Assembly (NCBI GenBank): GCA_001179505.1
Contig: CDMY01000520.1
Coordinates: 248,001-312,000 of the forward strand
Direction: 5' to 3'
DNA from: Vitrella brassicaformis CCMP3155
Taxonomy: Eukaryota > Protista > Chromerida
Length of the DNA stretch: 64,000 bases
Shown: positions 38,430 through 47,528 of the stretch, piece by piece
How positions within the stretch are numbered: the first letter of the stretch is position 1
Layout: every line of letters begins with the position of its first letter
Program-made: the position numbers and the translations under genes
Notes under the pieces: generated by a model
Told to the model about the DNA's origin: nothing
Seen by the model: only the letters and a program-made list of their open reading frames with translations
Database searches by the model: none

Positions 38430-39024
38430 ATTAACGTTGGTGGAGGCTGCTGTGCCACCATAACGTCGTCAAGGTCTACGAGTGCTTCGAAGATGACAAG
38501 TTCTGCTACATGGGTATGAACGAATACAGGGAATCGATAGGAAAGGGAGAAAATTGTCCATTCTCTTCTTCCTTTCCTTCTTGTTGCTACCTCAGGAATG
38601 GAGCCGTACCCCAAGGTGCTAAAGCCCCGTCTCCCTGAGAACCGCAGTGGTGATTGGTCCGTCTCGAGGCTGAAAGAGATCGTCGCTGACATGGCGCTGG
38701 CTGTCGACCACTTGCACCACTTGCGCAGAAAACACATCGTCCACAGGCAAGCTTGGTTGGCGTCACGCTGGTTTTTTGCCTATGTGTGTGCGCACGCGCT
38801 TCAGAGATATCAAATGGAACAACTTTTTCATCGCCCACGACGGTCATGTCGTGCTTTCTGACTTCGGCATCGCCAAGGAGACGGACTGTCTGGATGCCGG
38901 CATTTGTGGACTTTGCACAGAGAGGCAAGAGCGGCCTTTCGTAGCCAGGGTGCGGCTGCAGCGGTTGAAAGCGAGGACGATGCCGCGAACACACGGGGCA
39001 TCTCCAGATTCACGTGCGACGTGA
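38430..39024 (+). pseudogene. Ser/Thr kinase fragment (pseudogene 2; subdomains III-VII only)
   Basis: CHHNVVKVYECFEDDKFCYM, EIVADMALAVDHLH...IVHR|DIKWNNFFIAHDGHVVLSDFG. I found no Gly loop or subdomains VIII-XI, and there is a frame break near 38439. Confidence 0.8.
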
Positions 39025-39831
39025 CGGTTGTTTACTCGCCGTCGCAGAGACGGGCGCTCTTCGAGTGACTAACAATGTGTCTGGATTCGCTCCCCTTTGT
39101 CTATCGCCCTCGCGCGTGCGACTAGCTACTGTCTGCGTGGGGGAGGGAGGAAGGGGGGTTTGCGGGGCAGTTGTGGAGTGTCGGGTGGACAGCGGGAGTG
39201 ACAGACGAGGAGAGGCAAGATGGAGAGTTCGTATGATTGCCAGATCGGTGCCTACATTTTATATCCTTTGTTGGTAACGCATTGAGTACATGGACTCAGT
39301 TTACATGAGGTGAATCGATTGCACAAATGAAGGCCACCTCAATTATGCAGCCATAAGTATGTGTCTCTTCATCGGGCTGTACGGCTGTCACATCACACCA
39401 TCTCATGCACAAACTCACATGCACATTGGATGCCCATTCACATTGTCACGTCATTTTCAGTCCACAAATCGATCGATGGCACAGACGGATGTTTCACAAA
39501 GACCAAGGGCATCTATCCACACATATCGTTCCTTCCGTTTCTGGACACAAATTCCTGGTCGCCCCTTAACTAACGGCGCCTGAATAGGCGACCACACGCT
39601 CGCACCCACCAGAAACACGGACACCCGCAGGCAAACCTGCGGATTCCTCGGTTTTTCATGCTGTCCCTCTCAGCCGCCGCCGCCGCCACTTTGTTCTCCT
39701 CCTCTTCTGAAACGCACACAAAACGGGACAAAACAGGACCGCACCACATTGACGAGGGGATTTCAGGGGCTGACCCTTTAAAGCAGCCTCTGCTATCTCC
39801 GCCAAATCATCCCTAAAAGCCCTGCACTCCC

Positions 39832-41527
39832 TCACACGCCTCTGAAAGAGGGGGTCCACGGCTGGCTTCTCCCCTGCGCCCTTTGGCTAAGCGCTGCTTG
39901 GATGAATGGGTTCTGCAATGCCCTCTCGGCCGACAGCCGCCTTCTTGGCTCTGTTAGAGACATAATAATAATAAGGAGAACAAAGGAGTGGCGTATGTTG
40001 AAATATGCATTACCTGGCTCCAAGAGCCCCTTCATAAGGTCTTGAAAGCCTTGCGGCAACTCCTCAAAACCGAAATCAGTCCACAAATTCCCATCGATGA
40101 TTTGGTAGAGTGACAGGTCATCAATTCCTGAATTGCCTGCACCAGACAGACAACTGCTTTTTCCGGTGTCTCGCGCAGTGATTGTCCGACCATAGAAGGG
40201 CGGGAATCTGCAGACCAGCTCGAACAACACGACACCTGTATGTAAGGACATGAATGCGGCCAAGCTGTGCTAAAAAGGAATGTCGTCTTACCCAGGCTCC
40301 ACATGTCGGCCTTCCTGCCGTAGCTGCCCTTCCACACCTCCGGTGGCTGGCACTTCGCAACTCCATGGCCTTCATACTTAGGCTGCCTGCAAAGTTTACA
40401 CGAACCGACACACACAGCATCATCGAGCAAAATGTCCGCTGTCCTACCTCTCCCTTGAATGAAACTGAGGGTCCGGATTCCTCTGTTGTTACACTGGGTC
40501 TTGCGAGCGAGGCCAAAGTCAGTCAGCACGACTCTCCCGTCGTCAGCCATAAGAAAGTTGCCCAGCTTGATGTCTCTGGATCGACACACACACACACACA
40601 CAGAGTAGGAGGGAGAGAGAGAGAGGCACGGCAAGTACCATACGTCCACTTGCCCCCAATCCTTACCGGTGAGCGATTTCCAAGCCGTGGATGTGCTCTA
40701 AGGCCAATACCATGTCGGCTGTCACCTCCCCGAGCCTCTCTATGGTCCAGTCCTCTGCCGTCGATCCATCCAGCTGTTTGTGGTGGTCCATCACTGGACA
40801 ACAAAGAGAATGACGTGAAAACACAGAATGAGAGATGAAAGTCGCATTCCAATCGATGTGCAGCAAAGTAGCTGTCTTTGTACCGATGTAACATGACGAG
40901 CTGTCCCTGTACACATCGCGAGTCTCGAAGATGTTCGGGTGGCCATCGATGTCAATGTCTTTCCCGCCGTGGCCGTACTGTGCCAGCTGCAGCAGCCTCA
41001 GGTGTCACCGCCGAGACGATGTGCCGGCGGCCTTTGACGAACCTGCATGGAGAGAAAAGTGGGAAAGCACACGTGTGTGTGGTGGAGCATTCGCTGACCA
41101 CCTCTCCCTGTTCTTTGCAGCGTTCGTCGATTTTGATGATCCTCACAACCTGTAAACGCAACCCACACGCAGACGCACACACAGCTACGTCGAGAAAGCA
41201 TGTCTGTTTTTGCATCTCTTCATTGCCCTCCTACCGTCTTGGTCATCCCCCCATGGCTCGGGGCCGTCGGTGTGGCCTCGTAGACTCTTGAGAAGCCGCC
41301 TTCGGCCAGCTTCTTGCCGAGTCTATACTTCTTCAAAAACTCTGACAATTCACATCAGGATGTGCATTGGTACGTTCCATTTTCCCTCCCTCCCTCCCTC
41401 CGTCCCTCCGTCCCTCCCTCCCTCCCTCCCTCCTGGCCCCCTTTCTCCCTCCCTTTCTCCCTCCCTTTCTCCCTTCGTCTCAGCCGCTCACCGGCCCGCG
41501 CTCGGCCCCTCCCGATCAGCCGGTCCC
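39832..41527 (-). pseudogene. Ser/Thr protein kinase pseudogene 3 (5' end lies in the gap)
   Basis: KYRLGKKLAEGGFSRVYEA, IAHR|DIKLGNFLMADDGRVVLTDFG, CQPPEVW, DMWSLG|GVVLFELVCRFPPFYG, EPRRRLSAERAL. A 20-nt deletion near 40997 relative to pseudogene 1 removes the helix-C EEL segment and shifts the frame. Confidence 0.8.
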
Positions 41528-41915
41528 NNNNNNNNNNNNNNNNNNNNNNNNNNNNNNNNNNNNNNNNNNNNNNNNNNNNNNNNNNNNNNNNNNNNNNNNN
41601 NNNNNNNNNNNNNNNNNNNNNNNNNNNNNNNNNNNNNNNNNNNNNNNNNNNNNNNNNNNNNNNNNNNNNNNNNNNNNNNNNNNNNNNNNNNNNNNNNNNN
41701 NNNNNNNNNNNNNNNNNNNNNNNNNNNNNNNNNNNNNNNNNNNNNNNNNNNNNNNNNNNNNNNNNNNNNNNNNNNNNNNNNNNNNNNNNNNNNNNNNNNN
41801 NNNNNNNNNNNNNNNNNNNNNNNNNNNGCCCTCCAGACAGAGCATGGAGCCCCTCCCGCCCACCGCACTCGGCCACAAGCCCAAAGCACACGCCAGGACG
41901 GCCACTGCCGGCACG
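41200..41915. repeat. Duplicated unit C (source-like copy leading into the full PKD2-like gene), interrupted by a gap
   Basis: 41200-41527 matches 30460-30767; 41828-41915 matches 32680-32767. Confidence 0.85.
41528..41827. other. Assembly gap (300 N)
   Basis: Run of exactly 300 N; it hides the PKD2-like start codon and promoter. Confidence 1.
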
Positions 41916-44900
41916 GCAGCCTCAGTCCAGCCGTCGGTGAGGCCGTCCACTGGCGCCAAGGGCACCGCCAAGTCGGACCTGGAGATCGATGTCTTCAGCG
42001 GCACTGTCAAGAAAGACGACATCTACCGGTCGGCCATCAGTCACACACAGAGACAGAAGGGCAGGCTCTCATCTGTGTGTAACTCTCCTTGGTTCGCGCA
42101 GGTTTGTGGAGATTCGTGCTGGGGAGGAGGAGGCCGTTCGTCTGCTGCCCTTTGCCATCCTCTTCTTCCTGTCGTTCATCCTGGCTGTTCTCTATCACGA
42201 GGACGTCTCACAAGTCTTCTCTGTCGAACAAACGTACTCACTCACGCAAATTAGCAGTACCACATTAGGAGTACTCCATGGTGACGGGCTGCTCTGCCGT
42301 CAGGATAGCGGATGGTGTGCGGCAGAGTGAGTTTGAAAAGGGCAAGACACTTCTGCAAGTCACCACAGAAGGTACATGACGAATGGGAGACACGTCAATC
42401 TGTTTGTTAGTCTGTCTTTCGTCCATCGATCGTCTTGTTTGTCTTCGCAGATCAGTTTTGGAAGTGGCTGTCCATCGGCATGATCAACACGCTCTTCAAG
42501 CAGACGGATGCCTTTGGCAACGTGCTGCCCGCCAACCAGTGGGGCCGATACGAGCGATACAACCAAATCATCGGAGGTGAGACACGCACATATACAGTCC
42601 GCCTTCATTGATGGCGCCCAGACGGAGCAACCCGTTGTGTCAGGTGTGAACCTCGTCCTCGAGCGCAGCAGCGTCAACAAATGCAAGAGAGACGAACTAG
42701 ATCGGTGCGCGTACGGATTCAGAATAACCCTTGGTCGCCATAGTATGTGCCAACGAAGGGTTCTCCTTCAGGTTGTTTGGGTGTTCGAATAGGACAGAAT
42801 GCTGCCATGACGAGGGCACGAGAACGACAGGCAACTACTATAGCGCATCGCTGGTGCCCGACGTCTCGAGGGCATTCCCCAACATAGAAAAGGCAGAAGG
42901 GTTCAAAGTGAGCAGACATCATCCAGATGTGCATGTCAGCCTCCGTTATCCTTCCCTTTTGCTCATGCAGGCTGATTCCGATGGTCGCTACGTGTTTTGG
43001 ATGGACAGCAACAAGCCTTTGGAGGAGCTGAGGAACCGCATCATCTATCTCGCCGCAGGGCAGTGGGTTGATCTCTCAACCAAGGCGGTCACCGTGTCGA
43101 CACTCATGTACAACGGCGAACTGGGTCTCTTCGCAAAACTTGATGTCACATTCACAGTAAAGGCCACTCCAATCAATTGTCACCTCCACGAAAGTACCTA
43201 TTGACTCTTGTTGGTTGAACAGTTCTTCCGTGGCGGTAGCGTGCAGCCACAGATTGACCTCGACACAGTGCAGGTCAGTGAGCATTCCATCCCATATCAT
43301 TCGCTCGTCGCATTCGCATGTCTGTCCAGTCTGATCCCTACAAGGCCCGGCCGTGGATGATCGCCCTCGACGTCCTTTTCCTCGCCTGCTTCATGACATG
43401 TGCGGTGTCGGTATTCCGCAGCCTGTGGGCCATCATGCAGGTGCACGGCAGGCAAAAGGGATTCAAAGTCCTCTGTTGCGATTTCTGGTGAGGAGGATCA
43501 ATGCTGACTCGGAATGCTCGCATGTGCATTTCTGTGCCTTGGCGATTGCAGGAACTGGGTGGACTGGCTGACGATTGGTCTTGGTGTGGCGTACATTGCC
43601 ACTTGGATCACGTGTGTGGTGACGGACCAGGCGGCCACCAATGTGCTGGTGGAGCTCAGCCGCACATACAAGGAAGTCGGCATCGGCAGCAGCAAATATG
43701 AACACAAGCTCAGCGACGCACAAGACAAACTCCAGGTGGGTCACCTCGGTGCAGCAATCCACTCGCGAATACATGCTGTCCCTCTTTTGTGCTTTGCATC
43801 GCGTGCAGGATCTGGTCAACGTTTACCTGGAGCATCGGACGGTGACGGCCTTCATGTCTCTGCTCATGGGTGTGCGATTCTTCCATGCATTCCGCAAGCA
43901 GCCGATGCTCAGTGTCGTGACCAAGACGCTCTCGGCGTCGATGAAAGACCTCTTCCACTTTGCCATCGTCTTCTTCTGTGCGCCAAGCCAAACCACACAG
44001 GGCGCCTCAAACGTGCGTTCATCGATCGTCTTTGCTGTTCATTATCCATTCTGTATAGGTATCTTCTTCTCGTGAGTGGCAGAGACATGAATCGCTGCCA
44101 GCGGCAAGAGACGCGGCGAGTCGCTTTCGCTGTTGTGTATTCTTTTGCCAGGCTGTCGTTCAGCGGTATGCTAACGTTCGGCCACAAAGTGCTGTACTTC
44201 AACACCTTCAACCAGGCCATGACCTCATCCTTCCTCGTAAGGACGTCACGTCAGCCACAGACATGCACGTGATGCTCATCGATCCCATTGTTGCGGTGAT
44301 GTCAGTTGATGATGGGATGGTGGCAGTGGGAGTGGCTGCGCGGCGTGGAGGCCGAGAGCACCACCATGATGTTCATAGCGATCTTCTACGTCATCGTGCG
44401 GCTGATGATGGTGAACATTCTGCTCGCCATTATTATCGAGTCGTACTTCAGGGTCAGATCCAAGGTGGCCGAGGAGTACACCCTGTGGAATTCTGCCATG
44501 TCTCTCGTTCGGTGAGCATGCGTCGGCTCTGCATAGATGTGTATCTGTGCCTGTGTGTGTGTGTGTGTGTGTGTGTTGTGCGCAGTCGCTTTTGGCGGAA
44601 GCACATGTCTCACATCAAGATGGAGCGCCTCTTCGGCAAATATGACGAGGAACTGCCCGAGGAGATCAATTTTTTTCATATATCGCAAGTGTGGCGGAAC
44701 GCACCATCGACACAGCACATCCGCGCACAAACTCCACGAGACCCTCTGCTCTTTTCTTTTATTCTTTGGCACTCGATGGTCTCTCCTCTCTTTTCCTCTT
44801 CCGCAGAGACCACGAGACCCGCAGAGCGTGACGGATGGTGGGTGCTGTGCTCCATGCAAGTCTAAGCCTCTGTCTACTTACTTTATGTGCGTGTGTCATC

Positions 44901-46042
44901 CATGCATCCATCCACAGAGCGTCGGCCCAGCCTGACATCGCTGGCCAATGCGGGCCAGGTGGCCGGCAACCGGCGTGTGTCGACCGAAATGTTTTACTGG
45001 CAGCAGAAGCAGGCCGTCGCTGGCCAGGCCAACATCAACCCAGAGGACGCCGAGCTCAAGATACCCTCTCCTGTGCCACCAGAACAGGCCATGGAAATAC
45101 TCAATGGGTGAGAGGCCACGGGAGAGAGGAGGACATGTGATTGTCGACTCGTGTGTCGTGTATTTGGCTTTTCAGAACCGTCAAGTGGACTCACCACATC
45201 GATTCGCAGACCAACCTGACGGTGTCGGAGGCCCTCGTGATGTTCGGCTACAACCACACGCTTGTCATGAATGTGCAGGTCCGTAGCAAGCAACGCATCG
45301 ATTCAACACTCCAACACGCAGAATCTTCTCGCCTTGCATGATGTGTCATCCATGAGCCCGACAGAACTCCGTGGGCTTCTTGCTGGCTCGGCTTGAGGCG
45401 CTGCGTGTGGGGCTGGGCGTCTCGCCCAGCCACCTCGACACACAGGCCGACCGCGCACACACCATGCTCACACTCCCCAGCACCATCGCGGGCAAGTTTG
45501 CCGCCATCGAAGAGGGACGAGAAGAGGATGCTGTCACGCCCATGGCAGCAGCTGCTGCTGCAGTTCCAGCTATGGTGGCAGAGGACCTGCTGTTGAGTGC
45601 CATTGCATCCCTTCCTGACGTGCAGCAGCGGCCTCTGATGGACAAATACCACCGTGGCGAGCTTGATGGCCTCAAACAGACGCTCGACAGCATTCCCGCA
45701 GACAAGAGACACGGCTTCGCGCAGGGCGCCGTGGCGACACTGGCGAGTGTCGCCGAGGAGACATTTCACGTGGACCACCAGCCACCGGTCAGGCTGCACC
45801 ACGAGTTCGAACATCGCTCTTCCGCCCCTGCCTCGCCCGTATACGTGATGCGGACCGAGATTGCTGGCCGGTTTGGGAGCACGTTTGCGGCACAGCGCAG
45901 CGACTCGTGGGTGTGTGACGACGCGGTGAGTGAGGACCTGCTGGACGGAACTGCCGTCGATTTCATGACCAGCATCTACCTTGACGCCTCCAACATGCCG
46001 GCCACAGCCAGCCAGAGGGGCAAGAGGCCCAGTATGGTATAG
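41828..46042 (+). CDS. Polycystin-2/TRPP-like cation channel; multi-exon, start codon in the gap
   Basis: S1 LLPFAILFFLSFILAVLY; large extracellular loop with RYNQIIGG and WVDLSTKAVTVSTLMYNGELGLFA; WVDWLTI; VRFFHAFRKQPMLSVVTKTL (S4-S5); FNTFNQAMTSSF pore helix; MMVNILLAIIIESY (S6). Confidence 0.85.
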
Positions 46043-46692
46043 GGAGGGGGGCCATGAATGTGACAATGCCTGTATGTTGATCGCATTTATGACGGGTCTC
46101 TGAGGCCATGCTGTGGCCGTGGGTGTGCATGTGCCTCGTGTGTGTTGTGTGTCGATGTGGATTTTTGTCCCTGTCTTGTGGGATTGAGACATACCGGCAC
46201 TCATGATAGGATAAGACATCGTGTGTGGCTTGTGCGGACGGACAAACAGACACATGTTTTTCATGGATGTCACTCAAGTGGGCATTTATCATGTGTTCTC
46301 GCGCCGTCGACACACTCGGCGGAAGGGGACATATCGGTGGAGAGCACCATATCCCGAACAAACCGTCAAATGTCTCAGCGGCAACCCCTCCCGTCTGCTG
46401 TATGCAGTTTGTGCGGCTGTGGTGCCATTCCATCTCACGTCGAACACAGAGATGTTTGAAGTGCCATCCGACACGGTGACGGCGCTTCAAGCATCAAAAT
46501 GCCCAACATGAGAGGCGACGGCCCAGCAGACAGGATCGAGTCGACAGACTCAATCCAAACCCTCTCCCGTCAGTCAGTCAGTAGCATATCACGTGACACA
46601 AAAAAGTCAAGACTGACGATTGACAAGCCGACACACAGCTAGCTCTTTCCACATGGCTCCGCTGCAACACCCCACAACGGACGTCTTTCCTT

Positions 46693-47196
46693 TCATCCCC
46701 TCCTGACATTGGTAGGTGCGTCGGGTAGTCCCCTCGCTTCTCGCTCCTTGATGAATGCCGTGTAGCGCGCTTTGCTCTTGCCGTAGTTCTTGTGGAAGAC
46801 AAAGGGGAAGGACAGAATCATCCCCATGGCCGCCAGCAGCACGCTGCCCGCCAGCATCGGCCCAAACCTCGCCATGAACTGCTTGTCCACCGGCCGCTCC
46901 CCCCTCGCAATGCCCATGCGAAAGCCGCTGCCGGGGTAGAAGCTCCACTTGGGGTTGTCGAATTGGAAGGAAGTCGGCGGCTTCTCGAAAAACATCTTGT
47001 ACTGCGCCTTCTGACCCGCCTTGACCGCATAGTCAGCCGCCTTGTGCGCCGCCTCAGCAGCCCTCCTGCCGGCCTCCGACTTGGCGAACTCGTCTGCCTT
47101 CTGCTTCATCCGGCGGCCCTCTGGCGATGACAGCAGCCGGTTGACATAGGGCTGCACAATGTCCCGCAGCCGCTGGGCGTACCTCCGCCACTCCAT
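46693..47196 (-). CDS. Hypothetical 167-aa single-TM protein, apparently single exon
   Basis: Clean ATG-TGA ORF with coding-like GC-rich codons, a basic amphipathic N-terminus and TM segment FGPMLAGSVLLAAMGMILSFPFVF; head-to-head with SF3B1. Confidence 0.7.
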   Translation of the reverse strand: MEWRRYAQRLRDIVQPYVNRLLSSPEGRRMKQKADEFAKSEAGRRAAEAAHKAADYAVKAGQKAQYKMFFEKPPTSFQFDNPKWSFYPGSGFRMGIARGERPVDKQFMARFGPMLAGSVLLAAMGMILSFPFVFHKNYGKSKARYTAFIKEREARGLPDAPTNVRRG

Positions 47197-47323
47197 CCTG
47201 CTGATTGCGCCGTGAAGAAAGATCGGTCAGCTGAGAACAGGAAATAGCTCCATTCTGCTCTCAGCCGTCGCGTATGCAGTGAGGACGGTGCAGGATACTG
47301 CCCGTGAGAGATTGGCCATTCTA

Positions 47324-47343
47324 AGCTCGCAGTCAAGCTCGCA
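47324..47343 (+). promoter_or_regulatory. Tandem AGCTCGCA pair in the 332-nt divergent spacer upstream of SF3B1
   Basis: TAAGCTCGCAGTCAAGCTCGCAAT; copies at 47324-47331 and 47336-47343. Confidence 0.55.
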
Positions 47344-47528
47344 ATCGTGAGATGACCCTTTCCCCTCTTCTGTGTGAGCTGAGAGCTGGTGTCATCGTTG
47401 CATGTGATTGAGTCGCGCGGCATGACGTCGATGTGACCGACGCCAGCAGAAAGCCGCATTCTTGTTGAGCAGTTGTCAGCTGGTTTGGTGTGACGCTGAG
47501 AGGCTGAGAAATCCCATCGGTCATCACC

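Larger units (their letters stand above)
33154..39265. repeat. Dispersed 22-bp element GATATAAAAYGTAGGCAMCGAT, three copies
   Basis: Copies at 33154-33175 and 37205-37226, and reverse-complemented at 39244-39265 (1 mismatch). Confidence 0.8.

Noticed and set aside
41341-41372. 32-nt mini-intron giving a kinase start MEQFLKKY
   Set aside because: An upstream GTGAGC donor gives a normal-sized intron and an in-frame join to the exons seen in unit A.
25500-41915. Autonomous transposon as the cause of the island
   Set aside because: No DDE transposase, RT, tyrosine recombinase or Rep/helicase motifs were seen, and I could not identify TIRs or TSDs.
31289-42254. ORFs containing X runs
   Set aside because: They are artefacts of translating through N gaps.
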